Notes: generated by a model not told the origin, from the sequence alone. DNA of 64,000 nt from Parcubacteria group bacterium GW2011_GWC1_45_13 (GCA_001001285.1 LCKG01000001.1:39223-103222); one strand, 5' to 3'; counted from the stretch's first letter, positions 46,973-57,201 are shown. Made by a program: numbers and translations.

Positions 46973-47973
46973 TTTTTATTTACGCATATCTCAAAACTTC
47001 TCTTATATAACCTTAAATATTCGCCTTTTGTTTGAGAAACGAGCGGCTTGGGAGCAGGCAATTTTTGGTTTAAAGCGGCAACTATTTTTTCTTTCAAATC
47101 ATTTTTATTGCCGACTTTGAAAATATTTTCCGGTTCTAAAATTTCTGGAGCGATACCGACGTCGCTCGAGATAACTTTTGCCCCGGCTGCCACTGCTTCA
47201 ATCAAGGTTCGGCCATAACCTTCATAATATGAGGCTAGCAAAAATAAATCACATGTTTTGTAGTAAGACGCCAAATCTTCAGTGTATGGTTCAAATTTAA
47301 TATTTCCTTCCAATTTTTCACTTTTAACTTTAAACTTTAAACTTTCTAGTTCCGGGCCGTCGCCGACGATTAAAAGAAGTGGGAGGGTTACTAACTCTTT
47401 CATAGCCTCAACCGCCAACCCAATGTTTTTTTCTTTTGTTACCCGCGACGCCATCAAAATAACAAACCGCCCGGGATATTTTTTATGCAAATCGGTTTTG
47501 ATTAGCACATTTTTAATTTTTTCAGTGTCAACAAAAATAGGAAGAACCGTTATATGCTTTACGCCGTACGCCGTAAGCGAATTTTTAATTCTCTCCGAAA
47601 CAACCCTGATGCAATCTGCGCGTGGAACCAAAAACTTCGCCAACCGAACCCGCAATTTATTTTTAAACGATTCTGTTTGGAAATACGGACTAAAAATATC
47701 CGAATGAATCTGCATTTGCCACGGGATTTTAAATAATTTTGAAAAAACCCAAGCCAGAAGAGAATGTTCCATGTCTTGTGCTGTAATAATGTCGTAGCGA
47801 TTGCGCATTAACTTTAGACCGCGAAAAAATCCGGAAATAAAATTAAAAATGTTTCCACAAGCAAGCAAAATATCAAGCCCGCCCAAGACAGCTCTGTATT
47901 CCGCCATTCTTTTCCCGACATCCGATTTCAGATCCAAAACCCCCGGATCCCCGCTTATCATTAAAACTTTCAT
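46969..47973 (-). CDS. GT4 glycosyltransferase
   Basis: SR...KN, VGDGP, EGYGRTLIEA. Confidence 0.9.
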   Translation of the reverse strand: MKVLMISGDPGVLDLKSDVGKRMAEYRAVLGGLDILLACGNIFNFISGFFRGLKLMRNRYDIITAQDMEHSLLAWVFSKLFKIPWQMQIHSDIFSPYFQTESFKNKLRVRLAKFLVPRADCIRVVSERIKNSLTAYGVKHITVLPIFVDTEKIKNVLIKTDLHKKYPGRFVILMASRVTKEKNIGLAVEAMKELVTLPLLLIVGDGPELESLKFKVKSEKLEGNIKFEPYTEDLASYYKTCDLFLLASYYEGYGRTLIEAVAAGAKVISSDVGIAPEILEPENIFKVGNKNDLKEKIVAALNQKLPAPKPLVSQTKGEYLRLYKRSFEICVNKK

Positions 47974-50216
47974 ATTAAAATTTTTACAGTTTCTTTTATC
48001 ATTCTCTCTTTTGAAAATTCGCTGGACTTTTTCTTGGCATTTTCGGAAAATTTTTGGGCAAGAATAGGATTACTTAAAACATCTAAGATTTTTGATTTTA
48101 ACGCTTCCTTATCATTAAATTTTATTAAAAAGCCTTCTTTGCCGTCTTCAATCAATTCCGGATTTCCTCCGGAATCTGTAGTAACAATCGGAACGCCGAG
48201 CGCCATCGCTTCCAAAATCAGATGCGAAAATCCTTCGTAGGCAGTGTTTAAAACAAAAACATCCGCAGCGGCCAAATATTCCAAAACTTTTTCGTGAGGC
48301 AATGTGTCAGTCAATGTTACTTCTTCCTCTAATTCTAAATTCTTAATTCTAGATTCTAGATTCTGTTTCTCCGGCCCATCGCCAATAATCACCAATCTTG
48401 CATCCGGAACTTCTTTTAAAATCTCCGGCATAATCTCAATAAGCGCGTCAAAACCTTTCCATGGAACCAGACGGCCTGCAGAGACAATGAGTCGTTGACC
48501 GGGTTTGGCGAAGCCACCCTGAGCGAAGCGAGGAAAGCGAAACAACTCATTGTCTTGAAAGGCATTATAAACCACATAGATTTTTTCAGGCCCGATTCCC
48601 CATTTTGTCACAACCCCTTTCAAATACTCGCTTGGCACAATGATTTTATCTGCACGATTGGCAACCAAACACTCAATTTTCCGAAAAAGCTCCACCTCCC
48701 AACGATACCGATTTTTTAAAAAATCATCCAAAACTTTCTTAACACCGAACCGCTGAACGCCTTGCTCCCATGCGTAGTCACCAACAATTTTTAGCAAAAA
48801 TTTTTTGCGCAAAATTTTGGCGGCTAGCATCGCCGGAAACCCAACGCTTACCGGATCCTGCGCAAAAATTACGTCTGAGTTTCGTCCCATCCAAAACGTT
48901 TTTAAGCCGTATGCGATATGCCGCAGGATTTTTGGAAAACGCCGAATGTTACCAAAACTTAAAACTCTCACGCCAAAATTTTCTTTCGAAAGTTCGTCCA
49001 ACAAAATTTTGCTGTAAGTAGCCGGCCCTCCGACTTCCGGAGGAAAAATTCCGGTAGCAATTAAAACCCGTTTTTTGATATTGAGCTCGTGGCCGAAAAT
49101 TTCCGCGTAATTTTGAGCGATTTTATCCCAAGAGAATCTCTCCTCAACCATTTTTCTGCCGTTTTCAATAATTTTTCGCGCCAGCGCCTGGTCCGCCAGC
49201 AAAATTTTTATTTTTTCAGCCAAATCTCGCGAGTCACTAACTTTAACGAAAAGCCCCGTTTCGCCGTCTTTTATAATATCCAAAATCCCGCCGATCGGCG
49301 TGCCAATTATCGGCACACCCGCCGCCAAAGCCTCCACAAAAGCGTTGCCCATACCCTCCGAACGCGAAGTACGCGCAAAAACATCCGCCTCGGCTAAATA
49401 CTTTGGGACATCGTCGTAAGCAGCTTCTCCGAAAAACTTAACAGCGCCGTCCAAACCCAACTCGTGCGATAATTCTTCCAGATTTTGACGTTCCGATCCG
49501 TCGCCAACAATATGCAGTGTGATATCCGAAATATATTTTTTAAGTTCGGCAATCGCTTTAATTAAAATATCCACGCTATTTTTCGGGACAAGACGGCCAA
49601 CGGTAATAATGGTATTTGGCTTTTTGCGGTTTTCTTTTTGTGCCGTAGAAAATTTTTCAATATCAACCCCGTTGTGCAAAACTACGCCCCCGCCGATATA
49701 GCCATAATGTTTGCATAAATTCAGCAAATAGCTTGAAATTGCCGTAACATAATCCGCTTGCGTAAGAATCAAACGAAATGCCAAATTCATAAAGCCAAGT
49801 CGCCCTCTCGCGACCCTTTCGTCTCCGTAACCGTATTGGATTGTAAAAACCAAAGGAGTTTTCGGATAAAGGATTGTCAAAAATCCGGCAGGCGCGGCAC
49901 CGAATGAAAAATCCATAACCCAAAAAACAATTTTGCCACGGCGTTTCTTTAATTCCCGCCAAGCCGCAAACCAGCCAAAAATTAAAAGCCAAAATTTATC
50001 AAAACGATTTCCAAAACCAATTCTGATTACCAATCCTTCCGACCTTTTTTCGCGCGTCGGGAGTTTACCATCCATTCTTGAAGTAAAAATAAAAAAATCA
50101 AACCGATTTTTTAGTCGCTCTGCGACTTGCTCAATTGCCACCTCCACGCCCCCTATGAAAGGGTGGTAGGATGTGGAAAACACAAAAACCGCTGGCTTTC
50201 TGGCATTTTCATTCAT
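47970..50216 (-). CDS. Tandem double GT4 glycosyltransferase
   Basis: Two GT-B units (EGMGNAFVEA; EGFSHLILEA). Confidence 0.9.
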   Translation of the reverse strand: MNENARKPAVFVFSTSYHPFIGGVEVAIEQVAERLKNRFDFFIFTSRMDGKLPTREKRSEGLVIRIGFGNRFDKFWLLIFGWFAAWRELKKRRGKIVFWVMDFSFGAAPAGFLTILYPKTPLVFTIQYGYGDERVARGRLGFMNLAFRLILTQADYVTAISSYLLNLCKHYGYIGGGVVLHNGVDIEKFSTAQKENRKKPNTIITVGRLVPKNSVDILIKAIAELKKYISDITLHIVGDGSERQNLEELSHELGLDGAVKFFGEAAYDDVPKYLAEADVFARTSRSEGMGNAFVEALAAGVPIIGTPIGGILDIIKDGETGLFVKVSDSRDLAEKIKILLADQALARKIIENGRKMVEERFSWDKIAQNYAEIFGHELNIKKRVLIATGIFPPEVGGPATYSKILLDELSKENFGVRVLSFGNIRRFPKILRHIAYGLKTFWMGRNSDVIFAQDPVSVGFPAMLAAKILRKKFLLKIVGDYAWEQGVQRFGVKKVLDDFLKNRYRWEVELFRKIECLVANRADKIIVPSEYLKGVVTKWGIGPEKIYVVYNAFQDNELFRFPRFAQGGFAKPGQRLIVSAGRLVPWKGFDALIEIMPEILKEVPDARLVIIGDGPEKQNLESRIKNLELEEEVTLTDTLPHEKVLEYLAAADVFVLNTAYEGFSHLILEAMALGVPIVTTDSGGNPELIEDGKEGFLIKFNDKEALKSKILDVLSNPILAQKFSENAKKKSSEFSKERMIKETVKILI
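48482..48555. repeat. 74-bp fold-back element in GT4 linker
   Basis: 15-bp inverted arms AGACAATGAGTCGTT / AACAACTCATTGTCT (14/15) enclosing two GCGAAGC motifs. Confidence 0.7.
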
Positions 50217-50238
50217 TCAGTAATTATAACGCGCATAG

Positions 50239-51750
50239 CTAGTTTTTAGTTGTATATATTCTCAAAAGAAAAAACATCAGGCCGCCAAAAATACCCAAGC
50301 CTAATCCGCCGAAGAGCCAAAAATATTCATTGACTGAAAACGACGAATGGTCATCACCGAGCGTCAAAGCCACTTCCGGAGACGCGGCTCTGTACTCCTG
50401 AATTTTTGGCGCCGCCTCCGCGGCGCTGGAATTGCCAGTTGGAGCGGAAGGTATTTTTAACGATGGTTTCTCATTTTTTGCGCCTGGAGTCGCTTCGGCT
50501 ACAACCCAAACGTCATTATTAAAATTCAAACTTTCTTCTTTTGCAAGCACCGAAGCCGGGTAATTCAAAGAAGACATCAGAGAGCCATTTGGATAAATAA
50601 ATTTTATTTCTCCTCCGTAGGCAGGCAGTAAGAATCCTAGAGTCGTGGTGCCCAAAACCAGCGCCGCGTAAGGAGCCATAAACGTATTCTCTGAAAATAT
50701 AAATATTTTACCTCCGTATGAGAGTCCGAACTTTGAGATTTCAATTTTCCGTGCTGAATTATTTTTGATTTCAACCCAGCCGTCCGGACCGGTTTTAATT
50801 TCGGCAATCAAAAGCGGGCTTGCCGTGACAGCAATATTTATCGTATCCATGGCAGAATACTCACCAGAAGAAACGCCCAAAGAAACGGCGTATGCGCCAG
50901 GATAAAGGAAAGCGTGCCCAATTTTTTTGCCGTCTAAAATAGGTGAGCCATCCCCGAAATTCCACGAGAATCTTGCGCCGTCCAAGGGCTCTCCTTTTAA
51001 ACCCTCGGCAAACCCGTCAAAAAATACTGTAGCCCCGGCTATCGCAGAGCGATCCTCGCCCGCGTAGGCTTTGATTTGCGCAACCGGCTTGGGGGCAACC
51101 GAGCCGCTGATTTGAGTTTCTGAAACAGATACATCCGCCGAACCGCTTTCTTCAGCTTGCGGCGTTGATTCCGAGGCCAGGTCGGATATAGCCCATCCGG
51201 CTACGCTCGCGCGCTGATTGAAGTCGTTCAACTTTAAAATTTTCCCTTCGGCTCCCGCGGAAATATCAACAAAAGCTCCGGCGGTCCAGATACCAGCGCT
51301 TGCTGCAGTGGTCTCCCAAGTTTTTTTCTCGGAACTCCCCGAATTATGGTATCTTACATAAGAAACAATTGTGTCTTTAGAATGAGTCGTGCTTGAAAAA
51401 AGCGCAAGCGAGCCGGAGGAGTTGCCCATATTGCCGGAGGCTACCGGAAAATACAAATTTACCTCATTGTCCGCGCCGCTTGCGCGGAGGTGAATTTTAA
51501 CTGATGCACCGACATTCAAGACAAAGTCTGGAAAAGTAAAGTAGTCAATGCCATCCGGATATAAATGCCAGCCGGACATGTTTATAGAAGATCCGCCTAA
51601 ATTTTTTATTATTACATATTCCTGGCCGGTATCCGTACCTCCAGCCGGGTCGAATAAAACTTCGGAAATAGCAACATCGCCAGCGGCCCCATAAGCAAAA
51701 TTGGCTCCGCCAAGCAACGCCATCGCTAACAAAAAACGCCACCGAGTCAT
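50239..51750 (-). CDS. Secreted, C-terminally anchored lamin-tail-domain + PKD surface protein
   Basis: Signal peptide; ISEV..P....EY..IKN....NMSGW; WNFGDG; ATPG; C-terminal TM. Confidence 0.75.
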   Translation of the reverse strand: MTRWRFLLAMALLGGANFAYGAAGDVAISEVLFDPAGGTDTGQEYVIIKNLGGSSINMSGWHLYPDGIDYFTFPDFVLNVGASVKIHLRASGADNEVNLYFPVASGNMGNSSGSLALFSSTTHSKDTIVSYVRYHNSGSSEKKTWETTAASAGIWTAGAFVDISAGAEGKILKLNDFNQRASVAGWAISDLASESTPQAEESGSADVSVSETQISGSVAPKPVAQIKAYAGEDRSAIAGATVFFDGFAEGLKGEPLDGARFSWNFGDGSPILDGKKIGHAFLYPGAYAVSLGVSSGEYSAMDTINIAVTASPLLIAEIKTGPDGWVEIKNNSARKIEISKFGLSYGGKIFIFSENTFMAPYAALVLGTTTLGFLLPAYGGEIKFIYPNGSLMSSLNYPASVLAKEESLNFNNDVWVVAEATPGAKNEKPSLKIPSAPTGNSSAAEAAPKIQEYRAASPEVALTLGDDHSSFSVNEYFWLFGGLGLGIFGGLMFFLLRIYTTKN

Positions 51751-51770
51751 TAATGGGAGAGTAACTTTTT

Positions 51771-53075
51771 CTATAAATTAAGTCCAACGCCGAAGAGAAA
51801 ACGCGTGAGTTTTGTTTGGGTTTTATGCGGCAGAGAGTAAAGGAAATAGCGCGAGGCGGTGATTGCCGAAAACATGCTCACCAAAATTCCCAAGCCCAAA
51901 GTCAGCGCGAACCCGCGGACAATAGACGTGCCGAACCAATAAAGAATCACGGAAGTAATAAGACTTGAAACATTGGAATCTCTTATTGAAGTCCAGGCCC
52001 TACGGAAACCTTCGGCCATGGCCGTATCCAAAAATTTTCCGGAACGGATTTCTTCTTTCATTCTCTCAAAAATTAAAATATTCGCGTCAACCGCCATACC
52101 CACTGACAAAATAAATCCGGCGATGCCAGCGGACGACAGCGTTACCGGAACCAATTTAAACAAAAGCAAAATCAAAGCCGAGTAAACTCCCAAGGCCAGC
52201 ACAGCGATAAGCCCAGGCAGGCGGTACCAAAAAATCATAAAGAGCATCACCGCGATTGTCCCATAAAGCGCGGCATGAAAGCTTTTAAAAAGCGCGTCCC
52301 TGCCCAAAAAAGAGCCGATGCTCTGCTGGGAAATTAAAGTGATTGCTACTGGCAATGCTCCGGCGTTGAAGCGTCGCACCAACTGCCGAGCTTCATCCAC
52401 GGAAAATTTTCCGGTAATCTGCGCCTTTCCTCCGGTGATTTTTTCCCGCACCACGGGAATGCTGATGGGAGCGCCATCCAAAAATATGGCAACCGGCTCC
52501 CCCACGTTTCTTGCGGTAATTTCTTCAAAAATTTTCGCGCCGTCATCGTTGAATTCCAGAGAAATTTCTGGCTCGCCCAAGTTTTGCGCGAAATTCAAAG
52601 AAGCTTTTTTAAGATATCTACCGGTTAGATTTGTAATGATAAAATCGGCTATGGCTCCGGTGGATGAAGCCACCCCGCCGGACTTGTCGCGCTTTAATTC
52701 CTTAAATTCCAAAAAGGGAGTCTCCCCGATTATTTTAATCGCTTCCCTTATGTCAAAAACACCGGCCAATTCCACAATCAGTCTCCGCTCTCCTCCGACA
52801 TTTTCAGTCTGTACCACGGGCTCCGCGACTCCAAAAAGATTCACTCTCCGCTCAATAATATCTCTCACGCCGGCCATGGCTTCCGCGATCTCTGAAGAAG
52901 CGACAGAAGAAGTATCGGCGCGGTAAACCAAATGCGTCCCGCCCTGAAGATCCAAGCCCAGCCGAAAGGGACGCTCCCACCAAGAATCGCGGAAACCCAA
53001 AAACTCCGCCACATTATAAAAACCGGCTGCAAGCCCCACAAATAAAATAATAAGCGCCAGAATTCTGATTTTCAT
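51771..53075 (-). CDS. secD: Protein translocase subunit SecD
   Basis: LGLDLQGG, RRVN.FGV.EP, GALP, GMAVDANILIFER. Confidence 0.97.
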   Translation of the reverse strand: MKIRILALIILFVGLAAGFYNVAEFLGFRDSWWERPFRLGLDLQGGTHLVYRADTSSVASSEIAEAMAGVRDIIERRVNLFGVAEPVVQTENVGGERRLIVELAGVFDIREAIKIIGETPFLEFKELKRDKSGGVASSTGAIADFIITNLTGRYLKKASLNFAQNLGEPEISLEFNDDGAKIFEEITARNVGEPVAIFLDGAPISIPVVREKITGGKAQITGKFSVDEARQLVRRFNAGALPVAITLISQQSIGSFLGRDALFKSFHAALYGTIAVMLFMIFWYRLPGLIAVLALGVYSALILLLFKLVPVTLSSAGIAGFILSVGMAVDANILIFERMKEEIRSGKFLDTAMAEGFRRAWTSIRDSNVSSLITSVILYWFGTSIVRGFALTLGLGILVSMFSAITASRYFLYSLPHKTQTKLTRFLFGVGLNL

Positions 53076-53611
53076 ATTTGAATCTCCTTACCATTGGTTG
53101 TTAATCTGCCACCCTGCCATTGCCCGCGGTATGCCTTGGTTTCCCCCTTAACTTCAAAAAACATCGCGTTGACATACCGTGCGCCCATTTCCAGTTTGAC
53201 ATCCACTCCCCCAGCATTGTAAATCGCCGGGTGAACCGTGCCTGAATATCCGGGATCCACAACCGAAACCCTAGTAATAATTCCGGAGCGGTGCAGGGTA
53301 GTGCGAGGTTTAACAATTGATAAAAGATTGAGCGGCATATTGAATTTTTCAATTGTTTCCGTCAAAAAATATTCTCCCGGTTTGATCGTTACGGATATAG
53401 TATTCTCTGGATCATATTTCGCCACCAATTCTACTTCCGGAGTTGAGCGTTCCAAGACCCCCAAAAATCCCTCACCTTTTAATTTAAAAAGTTTGCCCAA
53501 CCGCAAATCAAACCCGGCTCCTTCGGGGTTATTGAGTTCGCGTTCAGATAAATCTTCTACTAATTTGGCCTCTTTGACCAAACGATGCAATTCGGAAATT
53601 CCTAGAATCAT
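53072..53611 (-). CDS. dcd: dCTP deaminase / dUTPase-family protein
   Basis: DLRLG, PRTTLHRSG, VDPGYSG, YRGQWQG. Confidence 0.75.
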   Translation of the reverse strand: MILGISELHRLVKEAKLVEDLSERELNNPEGAGFDLRLGKLFKLKGEGFLGVLERSTPEVELVAKYDPENTISVTIKPGEYFLTETIEKFNMPLNLLSIVKPRTTLHRSGIITRVSVVDPGYSGTVHPAIYNAGGVDVKLEMGARYVNAMFFEVKGETKAYRGQWQGGRLTTNGKEIQI

Positions 53612-53672
53612 ATGAAAATTATATTAGCATAAAATATTTATTAAAAAAAGAAGCCACGTCAATTACGAGGGC

Positions 53673-53701
53673 TTGCAAAATAAATGCTTATCTTTTACAA
53701 T
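53673..53701 (+). promoter_or_regulatory. Sigma70-like promoter
   Basis: TTGCAA-17 bp-TACAAT upstream of 53744. Confidence 0.6.
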
Positions 53702-53743
53702 GCCAAAAGAACTAAAAACGACCCTTAACAATAGGGGGTTAAA

Positions 53744-54334
53744 ATGAATAAGAACAATCCTCAAAATAATGCTTCTTCCGAGTTGGTGCTCACGCTCAGA
53801 AAAAAGATTGTCCGTGATTACGGAACTCTCAATAAAATCTTGAGAGGACTTCGCTTAGCCGGCTATAAAATAGTGCTTACCATCGGTTCTTGGGACATGC
53901 TGCACATTGGGCATGTCCGCTACCTTATAGCTGGGAAGGAGAAAGGAAATATTCTTGTGGTGGGAACCGACAGCGACCGCGTGGTCAAAAAAACAAAAGG
54001 CGCGCACCGTCCCATCATTCCGGAAGATGAACGGATGGAGATGTTGAGTTATCAGCTTCCTGTGGACTTCGTAACCAGGATCGACGATGTGGACAAGAAA
54101 GGGCAATGGAAATGCGGCCTTTTGAGACGCATCAAACCTGACGTATTTATAGCTGTGAAGGGAGATAGTTATTCGCCAAAACAGAAACAGGAAATAAGGA
54201 AATACTGCAATAAACTTGTAGTGCTTCCGCGGCAAGCAGAAAACACCTCAAGCACCGCGATTATCCAGGAAGCCCTCAAAAAGAATCTCTCCGTGATGAT
54301 GTCGTTGCTTGACACAAGAGGAGGTAAATCATGA
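53744..54334 (+). CDS. Cytidylyltransferase-like HxGH nucleotidyltransferase (TagD/RfaE-II type)
   Basis: GSWDMLHIGH, VGTDSD, KG..RP, SSTAII. Confidence 0.85.
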   Translation: MNKNNPQNNASSELVLTLRKKIVRDYGTLNKILRGLRLAGYKIVLTIGSWDMLHIGHVRYLIAGKEKGNILVVGTDSDRVVKKTKGAHRPIIPEDERMEMLSYQLPVDFVTRIDDVDKKGQWKCGLLRRIKPDVFIAVKGDSYSPKQKQEIRKYCNKLVVLPRQAENTSSTAIIQEALKKNLSVMMSLLDTRGGKS

Positions 54335-55161
54335 AAACTTTTCTGGTGCTATATATTCCGGTCATACACGAAGGCTACCTCAAACTTTTCGAGAAATACT
54401 CAAAAGAAGTTGAGGGGCTCTTTATTCTAGGGGAAAGTCTAGTAGAGGAACATAAGTACCTAGAACGAGAAATTCGTGCGATAAAAAACCCCTTGGTGGC
54501 AAAAAAAATGGTTGAAGCTATCGGGTGCTTTCAGAAAGTAGAAATTCTGGAAAGCTCCTCGGTGGGAATTCTGGAAAGTTGCCGGGTCATTACCGCCCAA
54601 GAAGGCATCACCAAGCGCTTCGCCGACAAATACCTAAGCGATAATGAGGTCAGCTACGATTCCTCCTTTCTCCGATGGGATGAAAGCTATGTCATCTCGC
54701 GCACCGACATCAAATATGACCGCGAGTCCGATTTTCTTTTCGATAAGGAGATGATGTGGCGCGCCATAAAGGAGGGAAAGAAAAGCCCTGACTGGTGGCG
54801 CCAGGTAGGAGCAGTTGTAGTGACAAAAAACGGGAAGGAGATTAAAGCTTATAACAAAGATCCGATAAGCGAGTATCGTCCCTACGCTTTCGGCAACATC
54901 AGAGATTTTGTTAAAGCAGGAGAGAAAAGCGAAGCTACACCAACCATTCATGCCGAACAGACCCTCATAGCCGAAGCAGCCAGGGAAGGATTTTCTCTAA
55001 GGGGCGCCAAAATATATGTTTCGGTCTTTCCTTGTCCGACTTGCTCTAATCTGATTGCCGAATCCGGCATAGAGAAGTGTTACTTCGCTTCCGGCAATGC
55101 TTACGCAGATTCCGAGGATACTCTTAAGGCAAGGGGAATTGAACTGATATTTGTGACATAA
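54331..55161 (+). CDS. dCMP-deaminase-like Zn deaminase with extra N-terminal domain
   Basis: RQVGAV, HAE, FPCPTC; N-terminal YIPVIHEGY. Confidence 0.85.
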   Translation: MKTFLVLYIPVIHEGYLKLFEKYSKEVEGLFILGESLVEEHKYLEREIRAIKNPLVAKKMVEAIGCFQKVEILESSSVGILESCRVITAQEGITKRFADKYLSDNEVSYDSSFLRWDESYVISRTDIKYDRESDFLFDKEMMWRAIKEGKKSPDWWRQVGAVVVTKNGKEIKAYNKDPISEYRPYAFGNIRDFVKAGEKSEATPTIHAEQTLIAEAAREGFSLRGAKIYVSVFPCPTCSNLIAESGIEKCYFASGNAYADSEDTLKARGIELIFVT

Positions 55162-55166
55162 AAAGA

Positions 55167-55204
55167 CCCTGATGCGCGAATCTCGCGCGTCAGGGCTATT
55201 TTTT
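55167..55204. terminator. Terminator between convergent genes, possibly bidirectional
   Basis: CCCTGATGCGCGA-ATC-TCGCGCGTCAGGG with AAAA before and T-tract after. Confidence 0.75.
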
Positions 55205-55635
55205 TATCCGATGGGAAAGTTAACCACTTTCCCCTTTTCCGGGACAATCAGATGGAAGTGAAGGTGCTTAACTGTCGCCCCGGTGTACTTGGTGTCTCCG
55301 AAACGAAGCGCAACGGCACCGCCTTGGATTTTGAATTGTACACAAGCCAATTCCACCAGCTCTCCCACTTCTTTCAGATCATTCGGCGATAACTCCCAAA
55401 AGTTTTCCTTGTGAGTTTTACCGATCAACAGTAGGTGATGTGCGGCATTTTCATACTTCCAGCCAACTTCGGTGAGAAACCATTTACCGCATTCAAAAAT
55501 GGTCGGTTTCGGATGCCACCGAAAATTCTCCGGGCAAAAAGGACACTTGCCTTCTTTTTTAATTTCCTCCAGCACCGCGCGATAGTCATCACTCTTCGCA
55601 TAACGTGGATTAACAAAATCTTTTTTCAAGACCAT
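55204..55635 (-). CDS. HIT-family hydrolase
   Basis: CPFC; GATVKHLHFH triad; SD upstream (start could be TTG at 55629). Confidence 0.85.
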   Translation of the reverse strand: MVLKKDFVNPRYAKSDDYRAVLEEIKKEGKCPFCPENFRWHPKPTIFECGKWFLTEVGWKYENAAHHLLLIGKTHKENFWELSPNDLKEVGELVELACVQFKIQGGAVALRFGDTKYTGATVKHLHFHLIVPEKGKVVNFPIG

Positions 55636-55644
55636 CACCTCCTT

Positions 55645-56160
55645 TTATTTGCGTTGGTAGACGACAAACTCATAATCATACGGATTCTTTGCGTCTTTTT
55701 TATGTTGCTCCCGGCTGACTTCCAACCATTCTGCAGGATCAAGTTCCGGAAAAAAAACATCGCCTTCAAAAGAGGCCTTGACCAAAGTCAGATAAATCTC
55801 GTCAGCGGAGAACAGTGCATCTTCGTAGACCTGGCCTCCCCCTAAGATAAAAATCTTTTCTCTGTCAATGGTGCGAGCTAGTTTCAAAGCATCTCCAAAG
55901 AACCGCAATACTACACAGCCATCTGCGGATTCTCTCGTAAAATTCTCATCTCGACTAAGAATAATGTTAGTTCTCCCAGACAGTGGCTTGCCGAGCGACT
56001 CGTAGGTCTTTCGCCCCATAATAATAGGGTGACCCATAGTTAACTCTTTGAAGCGTTTTAGATCCGCAGATAGTTTCCAGGGAATTTTCCCGTCTTTGCC
56101 TATAACGCGATTTTGATCCAGTGCAACGATTATGATAATTTTTCCTCTAGTCCTCATCAT
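55645..56160 (-). CDS. folA: Dihydrofolate reductase
   Basis: IG.DGKIPW..ADLKRFKELT, IMGRKTYES, GGGQVY, GDVFFP. Confidence 0.97.
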   Translation of the reverse strand: MMRTRGKIIIIVALDQNRVIGKDGKIPWKLSADLKRFKELTMGHPIIMGRKTYESLGKPLSGRTNIILSRDENFTRESADGCVVLRFFGDALKLARTIDREKIFILGGGQVYEDALFSADEIYLTLVKASFEGDVFFPELDPAEWLEVSREQHKKDAKNPYDYEFVVYQRK

Positions 56161-56174
56161 TATTACCTCCTTAC

Positions 56175-57110
56175 TTATATAGCTACTGGTATTCCTTTGA
56201 TTGGCGGATGCGGATCGTAGTTTTCAAGAACGAAATCGCCCAGCTGAAAACTAAAGATATCTGTCACTTCGGGATTGAGTTTTACCTCTGGCAGTGGTTT
56301 TGGTTCCCTTTTAAGCTGCATTTTTGCGTATTCAACCTGGTCAAAATATATGTGAACATCAGAGAGATGATGAACAAATTCTACTGGCTTCAAACCCACA
56401 ACCTGCGCGACCATCAGCAACAAAAGCGCGTATTCAGCGATGTTAAAAGGAACACCTACAAGGAGATCGGCACTTCGTTGCCAAAGATTTAGGTAAAGCC
56501 CGCCTTCCGCCACGGCAAATTTGAATATCACATGGCAGGGAGCTATAAACACTTTATCAATATCTTCAGGATTCCAAGCCGAAACGGTCATGCGCTTTGA
56601 ATCAGGGTTTGTTTTGATCTCATCTATTACTTTACTGATTTGGTCAATTGTCTCTCCGCCGCGCGGACGACGATTAAGCAAGGAGTGAATTTCGTTGATT
56701 TTATCCTCATCATTTCCATTTCCTTCCACAATTTCGGCGATTTTATCAACCAGGTTATTCTCCCGTTTCGGCCAGCGTATCCATTGCGGACCGTAAATCC
56801 GCCCAAGTCTTCCCGGTGGAAGTCCATAATCAGCGCAAATTTTCGGAGTAGCCCATGGATCCCACAGATGAACACCATCCTTATGAAGGTCGGCTATGTC
56901 ATCCGAACCGGACAAAAGCCACAAAAGTTCCGCCCGTACAGCTTTCCAAGAACCCTTCAAGCTCCTTGTCGTGATAAGCGGAAAGCTATCATCCATCCGA
57001 AACCGCATCTCATACCCCGGGTAAACAATAGTGCCCGGACCTTGGACGCTCGTCGTTCTTTTCTTCCCTTTGGTCAGAACTGTGTCTATCAAATTCAGAA
57101 ACTGTTCCAT
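56175..57110 (-). CDS. thyA: Thymidylate synthase (divergent); start MEQFL
   Basis: ELLWLLSG, YGPQW, SAWNP, PCH, QRSAD..GVPFN, HIY; SD GGGAGG before 57110. Confidence 0.92.
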   Translation of the reverse strand: MEQFLNLIDTVLTKGKKRTTSVQGPGTIVYPGYEMRFRMDDSFPLITTRSLKGSWKAVRAELLWLLSGSDDIADLHKDGVHLWDPWATPKICADYGLPPGRLGRIYGPQWIRWPKRENNLVDKIAEIVEGNGNDEDKINEIHSLLNRRPRGGETIDQISKVIDEIKTNPDSKRMTVSAWNPEDIDKVFIAPCHVIFKFAVAEGGLYLNLWQRSADLLVGVPFNIAEYALLLLMVAQVVGLKPVEFVHHLSDVHIYFDQVEYAKMQLKREPKPLPEVKLNPEVTDIFSFQLGDFVLENYDPHPPIKGIPVAI

Positions 57111-57201
57111 GATTCTTTCCTCCCGTGTTTTATTAGCGTTAATATTCGGTTTTAATCTTCCCAAAGCCTAACAATTTTAATAAAAAAAACAAGCCCCTCT
57201 G

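Noticed and set aside
50612-50630. CCTGCCTACGGAGG (LPAYGG) in the LTD-PKD gene, resembling the micro-element
   Set aside because: Right arm is incomplete and the length does not fit; could be chance.
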